Below are positions 28,419 to 38,145 of a stretch of 64,000 bases of DNA, piece by piece. Source of the stretch: Actinomycetes bacterium (GTDB lineage Bacteria > Actinomycetota > Acidimicrobiia > IMCC26256). Each line of letters opens with the position of its first letter. The first letter of the stretch is position 1. The notes beneath the pieces are model-generated. The model worked only from the letters and a program-made list of their open reading frames with translations, did no database searches and was not told the origin of the DNA. The position numbers and the translations under genes were made by a program. The stretch is taken from assembly GCA_037146835.1 (NCBI GenBank), contig JBAWWI010000002.1:4302-68301 (forward strand), written 5' to 3'.

Positions 28419-29294
28419 GTGCCTACAACATCTTCACGCAGAATCGCCACAACTATGGCCTCTGGGCTTTCAGAGGGCATCAAACTCGGCATCGGCACCG
28501 GAATCAAGGCCGCTGCGGCAACCGCTGATTACGCACGCCCTCCTCGGAGCGGAGTCACCGTGCTCATCTACCACCGCGTTGGTCGAAGAGCGAGAGTCGA
28601 GATGGATCTCGATGCCCATATCTTCGAGCGCCAGATCTCCGAACTCGCCGAGGGTGGACGGGTTGTAGATATTGATCGAGGCCTCGCTTATCTCGATGGA
28701 TCACTCCCCCAGCCTTCCTATAACCCTGTCGTCATCACCTTCGACGACGGAACCTCCGACTTCGCTGAGATCGCTCTTCCAATACTTGTTAAATACGGAG
28801 TCCCAGCCTTGCTATATGTCTCCACTGAGTTTCTGGATTCAGGGAGAGAGTTCCCGTATGCCGGCACCCCGCTGAGTTGGGATGCCGCTAGAGACACAAC
28901 CACAACGGGACTCATCACACTTGGCTCGCATACCCATACGCATGCTCTTTTGGACCGCGTCGACGCGGCAACTGCGCGAGACGAGCTCGACCGCTCTATC
29001 GAGAGGCTGAGCGAGGAGACAGGCCTTGCGCCGAAACACTTCGCATACCCGAAGGCCCTCCTTGGCACCCCGGCTGCAGCGGAACTCGTAAGGGAACGGT
29101 TTGTCTCAGCATCTATCTCAGGTACTAAGCGCAATGTATTTCTTGAGTCAGATCCCTACCAACTTGCGCGGTCCCCCATTCAGGCAAGAGATGGAATGCG
29201 CTGGTTTCGTCGCAAGGTAGATGGAGGACTTCGGCTCGAGGACGACCTGCGCGGGCGTATCAATCGACTCCGATACAGAGGGGCAAGCGAGTGA
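28419..29294 (+). CDS. Polysaccharide deacetylase (CE4/NodB family)
   Basis: LIYHRV, ITFDDG, GSHTHTH, FAYP; GTG 28419 (or ATG 28455). Confidence 0.9.
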   Translation: MPTTSSRRIATTMASGLSEGIKLGIGTGIKAAAATADYARPPRSGVTVLIYHRVGRRARVEMDLDAHIFERQISELAEGGRVVDIDRGLAYLDGSLPQPSYNPVVITFDDGTSDFAEIALPILVKYGVPALLYVSTEFLDSGREFPYAGTPLSWDAARDTTTTGLITLGSHTHTHALLDRVDAATARDELDRSIERLSEETGLAPKHFAYPKALLGTPAAAELVRERFVSASISGTKRNVFLESDPYQLARSPIQARDGMRWFRRKVDGGLRLEDDLRGRINRLRYRGASE

Positions 29295-30508
29295 GCCGAC
29301 CGCGCCTCATACACGTAACCACTGCGGATATAAGCCTCTCTCTCCTTCTAGGGCCTCAACTGCGCGCTTTCTCCGAAGCTGGTTATGAAGTAATCGGCGC
29401 ATCGGCTCCAGGCCCATTTACCGAGGAGCTTGAGTCTTGGGGCATTGAGCACCGACCACTCAAACACGCGACCCGCTCAATGGCACCCCATAAGGATGCC
29501 GCTGCAATGGGCGAGCTCTACAAACTCTTCAGGGAACTTCGCCCTGAGATCGTCCACACACATAATCCAAAACCAGGTCTCTACGGACGTATCGCCGCGC
29601 GAGCCGCGAGGGTCCCCGTAGTGGTCAATACGGTGCATGGCCTATATGCGCTACCTGAGGACAAGCTCGCAAAACGATCGGTTGTCTACTCGCTAGAGCG
29701 CCTCGCATCTATGTGCTCGGATGCTGAGCTAATTCAGAACCCCGAAGACATAGCAACCCTGCTAAAGATTGGGGTGCCTAGTAAGAAGATTCGTCTCCTC
29801 GGCAACGGTGTAGACCTAACGCGCTTCAAGCCGATCAACGACGGCGATCGAGAGTCATTCGAAGGAACAGCGGATACCCAGCCTGAAACACGGAGTCAAA
29901 GCCTGCGCGACAAATTGCGAGGCGAATTAGGGGTCGGAGCATCGACGGTGCTCTGTGGCGTCGTTGGTCGCCTGGTCTGGGAGAAGGGGTACCAAGAAGT
30001 ATTTGAAGCTGCAGAGGCGATCAAGCGTCTCGGGATTGATGCTGTATTTGTAGTAGTTGGGCCGAGAGACCCCGAGAAATCAGATGGCGTAGGCGAGAGG
30101 GCAATCGCAGCAGCGGAGGCCAACGGCATTCGATTCCTAGGCATGCGCTCAGATGTCGAAGACCTGTACAGCGCTATGGATCTCTACGTGCTCGCGTCTT
30201 ATCGCGAGGGATTTCCGAGGTCCGCTATGGAGGCGGCAGCATCTGGCTTGCCTGTAATTGCAACTGACATCCGCGGCTGTCGCCAAGTAGTTGATCCAGG
30301 TCTAACCGGCTTGCTCGTGCCTCCCCGAGACTCTCAAGCACTCACATCGGCAATCTTGGAGATCGTTCAAGACCCGATCAAACGCCTTGAGATGGGTAGG
30401 CGCGCTCTATCAAAAGCCAGAGCAGAGTTTGACCATCGACGCGTAATCGATATCACCCTAGAAACCTACGACCGACTTCTAGCCGATAAAGGTGTTCGTC
30501 CTCGATGA
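29291..30508 (+). CDS. GT4 glycosyltransferase
   Basis: HTHNPKPG, GRLVWEKG, SYREGFPRSAMEA, TDIRGC. Confidence 0.92.
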   Translation: MSRPRLIHVTTADISLSLLLGPQLRAFSEAGYEVIGASAPGPFTEELESWGIEHRPLKHATRSMAPHKDAAAMGELYKLFRELRPEIVHTHNPKPGLYGRIAARAARVPVVVNTVHGLYALPEDKLAKRSVVYSLERLASMCSDAELIQNPEDIATLLKIGVPSKKIRLLGNGVDLTRFKPINDGDRESFEGTADTQPETRSQSLRDKLRGELGVGASTVLCGVVGRLVWEKGYQEVFEAAEAIKRLGIDAVFVVVGPRDPEKSDGVGERAIAAAEANGIRFLGMRSDVEDLYSAMDLYVLASYREGFPRSAMEAAASGLPVIATDIRGCRQVVDPGLTGLLVPPRDSQALTSAILEIVQDPIKRLEMGRRALSKARAEFDHRRVIDITLETYDRLLADKGVRPR

Positions 30509-31131
30509 GCGAGAAGCCTATGTCCTCTGATTATTTGATTCGCTTAGGCACGCAGAGAGATGCGACTGCTTCGTCGGTCCTGCATTCGTCGCGCATCACT
30601 GAAGGGTTTCTTCCGACACTTGGTCCTCGATTCCTTGGGAGGCTATATCGGCGCATTGCGCTTGACCGAGACTCTTTCTTAATGGTCGCCGAGAAGGACG
30701 GGGAGATTCTCGCAATGGCCTCGTGTACTAATGACCTTGGTCATCTCTATAGAGCCTTTATTCTGCGCGACGGGTTAATCGCTACAGCAAGTGCCCTTTT
30801 TCCGATTATTCGATCCCTACCGCGTGTTTTCGAGACCCTTAAGTACCCATCACAGGGTGGCCCAGAACTCGCTAAGACTCCCCTGCCCGCGGCGGAGATT
30901 CTTGCGGTTGCAGTTAGAGAAGGATCATCAGGGATCGGAATCGGTCGCCAAATTATGGTTGCTGTGATTGCAGAGTTCACGCGCAGAGGCGTCGAGAGTT
31001 TCAAAGTTATTACTAGCTCTGATAATGCAGCCGCTCTGGCTCTCTACCGGTCTGTAGGTTTTCGCGACACCGCGGCACTAGAGGTGCACGAAGGAACAGA
31101 ATCACTGGCGCTTGTTTGGAGCAGCGAGTGA
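30505..31131 (+). CDS. GNAT-family acetyltransferase, possibly acting on an amino sugar
   Basis: AVAVREGSSGIGIG, DNAAALALYRSVGF. Confidence 0.8.
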   Translation: MSEKPMSSDYLIRLGTQRDATASSVLHSSRITEGFLPTLGPRFLGRLYRRIALDRDSFLMVAEKDGEILAMASCTNDLGHLYRAFILRDGLIATASALFPIIRSLPRVFETLKYPSQGGPELAKTPLPAAEILAVAVREGSSGIGIGRQIMVAVIAEFTRRGVESFKVITSSDNAAALALYRSVGFRDTAALEVHEGTESLALVWSSE

Positions 31132-32102
31132 GCCCATTACTTGGTCTGGTCACTGCGTTCTTGGTCACTTCCGCGGTGACACCCATCGCTATTCGTGTGG
31201 CGCATCGCACTGGCATGGTTGATAGGCCAGGAGCTTTAAAGTTTCAGAGCACCCCGGTTGCTTACCTCGGTGGGGTTGCGGTCTTTGCTGGAGTAGCTGG
31301 TGCGCTCGCGGCGACAACTCCACGGGTGCTCATACCTCTTGCTCTTGCGTTATTACTTGGACTCTTCGATGACCGCCTAGATATTTCCCCTCGCATTCGT
31401 GTTCTCTGCGAGGCTGTAATTGCTCTAATCGGCGGAGCATTAATACCGGCCACAGGCGGCGCTTTGGGAGTTGCAATTACCGCACTCCTCATTCTCGGGC
31501 TACTGAACGCCGTGAACCTCCTAGATGGTCTAGACGGTCTTGCCGCTGGCGTCTGCTCTGCCTCCGCTATTGGCTTTGCATTCCTATCTGAGAACCCTCG
31601 ATTGGCGGACCCCCGTTTGCTGGCGTTATCGCTGCTTGGGGCACTAATTGGATTCATAATATTCAATCGCCCACCTGCACGGATCTATTTAGGCGACGCC
31701 GGCGCATATCTCATAGGTGTAGCGCTTGCGATACTCGCGGCCCTAAGCCTTAATGGGGCGGGTAACACCTCGGCGAGCGTTGCTATCTGGGCGGCACTTC
31801 CTCTAATCGTTGCAGTGCCGATTCTCGACACCCTGGTTGCGATTCTGCGCAGACTCAGGGCGGGAGACCCAATATTCTCTGGGGATCGAAGCCACATCTA
31901 CGACCAATTATGCGATCGCGGCATCCCTGCTCAGCGAGTTCTGATGATTATGGTCTCGGCCCAATGCATTTTGGTGCTCCTTGGAATTCTCGCCTCACGC
32001 CTGAGCAGTTATGCAAGTGTGTCCGTGATGCTCCTGAGCGCCGGTATCCTCATTGCGATCACGGTAAGGGCTGGGTTCCTAACCACAGACGGAGGACCAT
32101 AA
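31128..32102 (+). CDS. WecA/MraY-family polyprenyl-phosphate HexNAc-1-phosphate transferase (initiating enzyme)
   Basis: GLFDD, NAVNLLDGLDGLA, IYLGDAG, DRSHIY; GTG overlaps the upstream TGA. Confidence 0.88.
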   Translation: MSPLLGLVTAFLVTSAVTPIAIRVAHRTGMVDRPGALKFQSTPVAYLGGVAVFAGVAGALAATTPRVLIPLALALLLGLFDDRLDISPRIRVLCEAVIALIGGALIPATGGALGVAITALLILGLLNAVNLLDGLDGLAAGVCSASAIGFAFLSENPRLADPRLLALSLLGALIGFIIFNRPPARIYLGDAGAYLIGVALAILAALSLNGAGNTSASVAIWAALPLIVAVPILDTLVAILRRLRAGDPIFSGDRSHIYDQLCDRGIPAQRVLMIMVSAQCILVLLGILASRLSSYASVSVMLLSAGILIAITVRAGFLTTDGGP

Positions 32103-33269
32103 GTGAAGAAGCTTGCAGTGCTCGGCGGCCAAAAGTCATTCCCTGATGGCGTCGCGTTTGTGCGCCCTCCAGCTCCACCGTTGGATGAGGTAGTAGCACG
32201 CCTTGCCCCTTCATACTCCCAAGGCTCCCTAACTAATGGACCTCTAGTACGAGAGTTAGAGGACTCAGTCGCCGAGCGACTCGGTGTCCGTCATGTTGTC
32301 GCAGTCTCATCATGCACGACAGGCTTGATGCTCTCCGTTGCAGGGCTTGCTCAATTTGGAGAGATCAACGGTCCGGTCATCATGCCGTCGTTTACATTCT
32401 CTGCCGGCCCTCATGCAGTCGCGTGGAGCAACCTCGGCGTGCGCTTCGTCGAGTGCGATCCCTTAAGTTTTCAAATTGACCTTGCTCACACCTCGATGCA
32501 TCTTGAGGGCGCAGGCGCAATTATGGCCACGCATGTTTTCGGTGCACCGTGTAGACCTGAGCAGGTAGAGGCAATGGGCAAGAGCGCTGGCATTCCAGTT
32601 CTCTTTGATGCCGCTCATGGTTTTGGAGCTCTTCGCAATGGACGCCCGCTCGGAGGATTCGGTGAGGTTGAGGTATTCAGCATGACCCCGACAAAACCTC
32701 TAGTCGCAGGTGAGGGCGGTCTTGTCTGCACCGATAGAGACGATCTTGCTGAGTATCTGCGCCTCGCACGTGAGTACGGAAACCCTGGAAACTACAACAC
32801 TCGTTTTATTGGCTTAAACGGTCGTCTATCTGAGATGCATGCAGCCATTGCCCTGGCCTCAATTTCACATATTGATGAGCACCTCGAGACGCGCAGGCGC
32901 CTTGCCGGGAGATATGCAGATGGAATCCTCGCAATCCCAGGGGTCAGGACTCAAGCAGTAGATAGTGAAGACCTATCTACCTATAAAGACTTCACGATCG
33001 CAATAGACGCCGGAGATTTCGGTGTTAGCAGAGACCAACTTGTTACAGCCTTAAGCGCAGAAGGGATCGATACGCGTAATTATTTTGATCCCCCCGTGCA
33101 CCGACAAGATTCCCATGCCTCGCGTTCTCCATCTGAGCTTCCGGTAACAGATGCTGTCTCAAAGACAGTTGTGAGTCTCCCGCTCTACCCCGCGCTAACC
33201 GACGACGTGGTCGATCAAATTGTCGAGATCATCTCGAGTGTGGGGCAGAGCGCAGAGAGCCTCAACTAA
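32103..33269 (+). CDS. DegT/DnrJ/EryC1/StrS PLP-dependent sugar aminotransferase
   Basis: VSSCT, FDAAH, FSMTPTKPL (Schiff-base Lys), GEGG, SLPLYP. Confidence 0.92.
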   Translation: MKKLAVLGGQKSFPDGVAFVRPPAPPLDEVVARLAPSYSQGSLTNGPLVRELEDSVAERLGVRHVVAVSSCTTGLMLSVAGLAQFGEINGPVIMPSFTFSAGPHAVAWSNLGVRFVECDPLSFQIDLAHTSMHLEGAGAIMATHVFGAPCRPEQVEAMGKSAGIPVLFDAAHGFGALRNGRPLGGFGEVEVFSMTPTKPLVAGEGGLVCTDRDDLAEYLRLAREYGNPGNYNTRFIGLNGRLSEMHAAIALASISHIDEHLETRRRLAGRYADGILAIPGVRTQAVDSEDLSTYKDFTIAIDAGDFGVSRDQLVTALSAEGIDTRNYFDPPVHRQDSHASRSPSELPVTDAVSKTVVSLPLYPALTDDVVDQIVEIISSVGQSAESLN

Positions 33270-34311
33270 CTAAATTTTCCGCAGCCTGCCTGCGAGAAGA
33301 TCGCGAGATGCGGCGCCTGCCGAGCGGAAGTGCCACCCCAACGAATACCCCCGCGGCGAGCGCTGGCACTAAACGGACAATCGCCTCTCCGGCACCAAAC
33401 GCCATTCCCGCTACTCGTGATGCCCACATGGCAAGAATCAACTGCGCCCCAAGAATTGCGAGAGCTCTACGTGTTCGGTTCCAGCCGAGTTCAAATCGAA
33501 ACCAAACTCGCAGGCGGTGACCAATAGGGATAGTTGCAAATAGCGCAAGCGCCCCGACTGATCCCACAATGGAACCAGGCCTCGCCCAACCTTCGTGCAC
33601 TACCACCCAGAGCATTAGACCAATAGCGGCAGCGGAGCCACCCTCCCCTAGGCGAGCGAGTCGGAAAGGGAGCCCAAGAAGCGCAAGGGGAATGGCGACG
33701 CCAAGCAGGACAAGCAGCAATTCAGTATCTGGAACCGTTGAGTAGACCGCTCCAATTGTGAAGAGCCACATGACCGGACCCAGCCCGAGTCGACCTAGGT
33801 CCCGGTCGGTCTCAGCAGCTAGCGGCCCAAGTATCGCGGTTCCGAGAATAATGAGCCACGGAACCCAGCTCGGCCCGAAGAAGGTCTGCCCGGCTACGAG
33901 TCGCCAAGCACCTGGTAGGGCGAGAATCATTCCTGCCGGTAGCGGAGCCGGGGTCAGCCCAGCGATTGCTACCCCTAGCCAAACAAGGGCTAGCCCAAGC
34001 AATACCCCGCTCGGCACAGCGGGGATATTTCCCCCAGCCTTCACCATCGGCGGCAACGACCTCTGCAGAGCATCTAGGGCCATTATCGAGGCAACCACGA
34101 ATGCTGGACCGACTAGCCCAGGGAGTCTGCTCGGGGAGGCTCGAATACGGAGCCGCCTAAGCCATCTTCGACCAACGGCAGAGCGGAGCCAGACGGCAAA
34201 TAGGGCCAAAACTCCAGCCCCGGCAGCGGCTACTAGGCCCCTAAGCGCTCCAATATGGAGTTCCGGGGCCTCGAGTGCAGTTCTAATTGGATCAAACATT
34301 GGCCCCACCAA
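33262..34311 (-). CDS. Hypothetical multi-pass membrane protein
   Basis: 349 aa, very hydrophobic, VPDTE motif; family not recognised; start uncertain. Confidence 0.55.
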   Translation of the reverse strand: MVGPMFDPIRTALEAPELHIGALRGLVAAAGAGVLALFAVWLRSAVGRRWLRRLRIRASPSRLPGLVGPAFVVASIMALDALQRSLPPMVKAGGNIPAVPSGVLLGLALVWLGVAIAGLTPAPLPAGMILALPGAWRLVAGQTFFGPSWVPWLIILGTAILGPLAAETDRDLGRLGLGPVMWLFTIGAVYSTVPDTELLLVLLGVAIPLALLGLPFRLARLGEGGSAAAIGLMLWVVVHEGWARPGSIVGSVGALALFATIPIGHRLRVWFRFELGWNRTRRALAILGAQLILAMWASRVAGMAFGAGEAIVRLVPALAAGVFVGVALPLGRRRISRSSRRQAAENLVS

Positions 34312-34512
34312 CCTCAGGCTTAACTCATTATTTGACGCTTCGTAGCATCGTATTCACTCGCGGTGAAATTAGGTCTTGCGCTCACGGTTTCTTGCGGTGA
34401 GAATAGACGCAGTTTCTAGGGGGACCGGGCAGTCTGCTTTGAATTGGTTTCGTTATTGATTCCAATTTAATTCGGATCCCCCTCCGGGAAGTGCTATCGG
34501 GGGGAGTTGAGT

Positions 34513-36408
34513 ATGGCATTGGTCTCATCATCAATTGTGCCCGCGCGGCTGCGGTCAAAGAGAAGCCTGAGAATCATCACTGATAGCGCGGCATGGGTTT
34601 TCGCTATTTATGCAGCGGTATTGCTTCGCCTTGATTTTGATATGACCCGAGTCGAGGCATTTCGCATAGCTGCGGTTATCCCTCTCGCATGGGCTCTTCA
34701 GTTCCTTTTCGGATGGCTATTCGGGCTCTACCGAGGCTTCTGGATCAATGGATCCTTCGACGAAGTTGCGGCCCTTGCCCGAACAATTGGTGCCGTAACC
34801 GGGGCTCTATTCATCTATGACCTTGTAATCCCCGGCGGTCGCCCAGCACCTGCTAGCGCAATTATCGCTGCAGGATTCCTAGCCCTCGTTGGCGCAGGCG
34901 GGGTGCGTTACCTCGCTCGACATGCAATTGATCGACGACGCCGCTCGCGAGATGAAGGCCTCCCTCGCGCAATTATCTTTGGAACCGGTGAGTGTGGAGT
35001 TCGAATGATCAACTCCTTGCTCTTTGAGGACTCCAGCCCTTGCATCCCTGTTGCACTTCTCGACGATGACCGTGAAAAGCAGAACCTCACCGTTAAGGGC
35101 CTTCGCGTCATTGGCGGACGTGCATCGATGTTTGATGCCGCTAGGCGCTTCAACGCGAGTGTGTTGGTAATCGCAATACCGACCGCCGAGGGTTCAACAA
35201 TTCGCGAGCTCACAGCTCTGGCCGATCTCGCCGAGCTCGAGGTGCTAGTAGTTCCGCCAGTCACTGAGCTATTCGGTGGTCAGGTACGCGCCACCGACCT
35301 GCGCGAGCCAACCGAGGCCGACCTTCTCGGTCGACGCATCATTGAGACCGACCTTGAGCAAGCGGCCTCCTACTTGCAAGATCGTGTTGTTCTTGTAACA
35401 GGGGCTGGAGGGTCAATCGGCTCAGAGCTATGCAGGCAGATATCGCGATTTGGGCCACGCCGACTCGTGATGCTTGACAGAGACGAGTCCGGCCTACACC
35501 AGGTGCAACTTTCACTAGAGGGCCGGGCGCTTCTTGACTCTCCCGACCTAATACTCCTCGACATTCGAGACCGCGATCGCGTTGCAGAATTATTCGGCGA
35601 GATTCGCCCCGACGTGGTCTTCCACGCTGCAGCCCTCAAGCACCTACCGCTTCTGCAGGCCCATCCAGTAGAGGCACTTAAATCCAACGTATGGGGATCT
35701 CTCTCAGTACTTGATGCCGCAGCCGCTGCTGGCGTAACACGCTTTGTAAACATCTCAACCGATAAAGCCGCCAACGCATGCAGCATCCTTGGGTACTCCA
35801 AACGCATAGCCGAGGGCCTCACCTCATACTTTGGGCTGCGTCACCCTGGTACTTACCTAAGTGTTCGCTTCGGGAATGTTCTAGGCAGCAGAGGCTCAGT
35901 TCTTACCGCTTTCAGAGCTCAGATTGAGGCTGGAGGACCGGTCACGGTCACTCATCCAGATGTAACCCGCTACTTCATGACCATTGAGGAAGCAGTCCAA
36001 TTAGTAATCCAAGCCGGCGCTATCGGTCACGATGGCGAGGCGCTCGTACTTGACATGGGCGAGCCCGTAAAGATCTCGGATGTAGCACGCAGGCTCTGCG
36101 CCAATCATGTACCAGAGATTCCGATTGTCTTCACCGGACTGCGCCCGGGCGAGAAGATGCATGAGGAGCTCTTCGCAGATGGAGAGGCATCCCACCAATC
36201 TGATCACGAATTAATTCGCTACGTCAGGGTCCCCGATCTAGACCCAACATTTGTGCGTGATGTCGATGCGAAGGTAAGCGGAAAAGACATGGCCTCGCTC
36301 CTTGAGTTCCTTGCTCGCACAATGACCGTTGCACTCGGTGATGAGCCGGTGCCGAGCGATGTCTTTGAGGCTCCAAGGGTCGATCGAGTAGCGGACGGCG
36401 CACTGTAA
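34513..36408 (+). CDS. PglF/WbpM/CapD-like membrane-anchored UDP-HexNAc 4,6-dehydratase
   Basis: 4 N-terminal TM segments, [52 protein letters not shown]. Confidence 0.92.
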   Translation: MALVSSSIVPARLRSKRSLRIITDSAAWVFAIYAAVLLRLDFDMTRVEAFRIAAVIPLAWALQFLFGWLFGLYRGFWINGSFDEVAALARTIGAVTGALFIYDLVIPGGRPAPASAIIAAGFLALVGAGGVRYLARHAIDRRRRSRDEGLPRAIIFGTGECGVRMINSLLFEDSSPCIPVALLDDDREKQNLTVKGLRVIGGRASMFDAARRFNASVLVIAIPTAEGSTIRELTALADLAELEVLVVPPVTELFGGQVRATDLREPTEADLLGRRIIETDLEQAASYLQDRVVLVTGAGGSIGSELCRQISRFGPRRLVMLDRDESGLHQVQLSLEGRALLDSPDLILLDIRDRDRVAELFGEIRPDVVFHAAALKHLPLLQAHPVEALKSNVWGSLSVLDAAAAAGVTRFVNISTDKAANACSILGYSKRIAEGLTSYFGLRHPGTYLSVRFGNVLGSRGSVLTAFRAQIEAGGPVTVTHPDVTRYFMTIEEAVQLVIQAGAIGHDGEALVLDMGEPVKISDVARRLCANHVPEIPIVFTGLRPGEKMHEELFADGEASHQSDHELIRYVRVPDLDPTFVRDVDAKVSGKDMASLLEFLARTMTVALGDEPVPSDVFEAPRVDRVADGAL

Positions 36409-36441
36409 AGGTATTTAGGCCTCCAATTACCGCCTAATCTC

Positions 36442-37374
36442 ATGCCTGTGAAAATTCTTATCACCGGCGGAGCCGGATTCATTGGCTCGAACCTCGCAGA
36501 TGCATTACTCGCACGCGGGGACTCAGTGCGCATACTCGATGATCTATCGACAGGGTTCAAAGAGAACGTCCCAGACGGAGCCGAATTAATCATTGGCTCC
36601 GTCGCAGATGAGGAGTGCGTCGCCGCAGCGATGGATGGCATTGAAGCGGTATTCCATGAGGGAGCGCGTGGATCGGTTGCACGCTCTGTTGCGTTGCCAC
36701 TTGAGACAGATACAGCAAACACTCACGGAACTCTCACTGTGCTGCACCGAGCGCAGCAAGCAGGCGTGCGCAGAGTTATATATGCATCCTCGAGCAGCGT
36801 GTACGGAGGGGCAACCGCTCCCCCAACTGCTGAGACTGCCCCACTCGTTCCACGCTCTCCATACGCAGCAACAAAACTCGCAGGAGAGGTTTACTGCCGA
36901 GTCTTCGCGGAGCTACACGGCCTAGAGACTGTTTCATTGCGATACTTCAATGTCTTCGGACCACGACAGAGACCTGACTCTCAATACGCAGCAGTGATTC
37001 CGCTATTTATTGAGGCGTTATCGGCCGGGAAGCCAGTCGAGGTCCACGGTGACGGACTGCAGAGCAGAGACTTCACGTATGTCTCTGATGTCGTAGCCGG
37101 CAATATTGCAGCTTTAGATGCGCCTGCTGAGAAGTGCTCTGGGAAGGTCTTCAATCTCGCTCCAGGCACCACCCAATCGCTACTCGACCTCTTAGATTCT
37201 CTCGGCCGAATTCTCGGCGTCACACCTGAACGGATTCACACAGAGTCGCGCGCGGGGGATGTAAAACTCTCCCAAGCGGATTCTTCACTAATTGCAAGCG
37301 CACTCGGCTTCTCCTGCAGCGTTGCTTTCCACGAAGGACTAGAGCGCACTGTTGAGTGGTTCTCAAAGCGCTAA
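36442..37374 (+). CDS. NAD-dependent epimerase/dehydratase (WbpP-like UDP-GlcNAc C4 epimerase)
   Basis: TGGAGFIGS, SSSSVYG, PYAATK, LRYFNVFGPRQ, YAAVIP. Confidence 0.9.
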   Translation: MPVKILITGGAGFIGSNLADALLARGDSVRILDDLSTGFKENVPDGAELIIGSVADEECVAAAMDGIEAVFHEGARGSVARSVALPLETDTANTHGTLTVLHRAQQAGVRRVIYASSSSVYGGATAPPTAETAPLVPRSPYAATKLAGEVYCRVFAELHGLETVSLRYFNVFGPRQRPDSQYAAVIPLFIEALSAGKPVEVHGDGLQSRDFTYVSDVVAGNIAALDAPAEKCSGKVFNLAPGTTQSLLDLLDSLGRILGVTPERIHTESRAGDVKLSQADSSLIASALGFSCSVAFHEGLERTVEWFSKR

Positions 37375-37394
37375 TTAACTAAGACTAGAGAACC

Positions 37395-38144
37395 TTAGAT
37401 AACTGTTAATACCTCAGGACCATTCTCAGTTAGCGCAATAGTGTGCTCAAAGTGAGCCGACCTGCCACCGTCGACAGTAACGACTGTCCAGCCGTCTTCT
37501 AATACTTGTGTCTCTTCGGATCCAGTATTGACCATTGGCTCGATGGCCAAAACAATCCCAGGCTTTAACTTCAATTTATGCCCAGAGCCGTTCCGAAAAT
37601 TTGGGACCTCAGGGTCTTCGTGCATTGCCCTGCCGATCCCGTGGCCTACATACTCACGCACAACAGCGAAGCCTGCAGCCTCGACCAAATCCTCTACGGC
37701 TCCGCCAATTCTCCCGAGGCTCGCACCCACTTTCATCGCAGCGATGGCAGCCTCGAGCGAGGACCTGGTCACATCGATTAGGCGCTGAGACTCTTCATCG
37801 ATCTCGCCAATCGGGATCGTGATCGCAGCGTCGGCATGCCAACCCTCGATGATCGCTCCGCAATCAATGGAGAGGATGTCGCCCTCATTGAGGACGCGAC
37901 CATCTGGGATTCCGTGCACGATTACTTCGTTCGGGGATGCGCATATCACTGCTGGGAAGCCGTGATACCCAAGAAAATTAGAGAGGGCATTGCGGCGCTC
38001 TAATACTCCTCTAGCAACAGCATCAATCTCGAGGGTCGTCACGCCTGGGCGTGCGGCCATTGAGCATGCTTCATGCATCTCGGCGACAACTTTGCCAGCC
38101 CGACGCATGATCGCTATCTGCGTGGAAGTCTTACGTGTATACAA
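37395..38144 (-). CDS. map: Methionine aminopeptidase type I
   Basis: SIDCG, HADAA, GHGIG, HEDP, AIEPM, AHFEHT. Confidence 0.96.
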   Translation of the reverse strand: MYTRKTSTQIAIMRRAGKVVAEMHEACSMAARPGVTTLEIDAVARGVLERRNALSNFLGYHGFPAVICASPNEVIVHGIPDGRVLNEGDILSIDCGAIIEGWHADAAITIPIGEIDEESQRLIDVTRSSLEAAIAAMKVGASLGRIGGAVEDLVEAAGFAVVREYVGHGIGRAMHEDPEVPNFRNGSGHKLKLKPGIVLAIEPMVNTGSEETQVLEDGWTVVTVDGGRSAHFEHTIALTENGPEVLTVI

Positions 38145-38145
38145 C

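Noticed and set aside
34312-34512. JUMPStart/ops element or clear promoter upstream of the pglF-like gene
   Set aside because: No GGCGGTAG ops motif; the best candidate, TTGCGC-N17-GAGAAT, has a non-consensus -10.
1-37374. Glycan locus as a recent horizontally acquired island, and an apparent abundance of CTAG
   Set aside because: GC looks similar to the core genes; no integrase, tRNA, IS or flanking repeats; I cannot quantify k-mer bias without computation.
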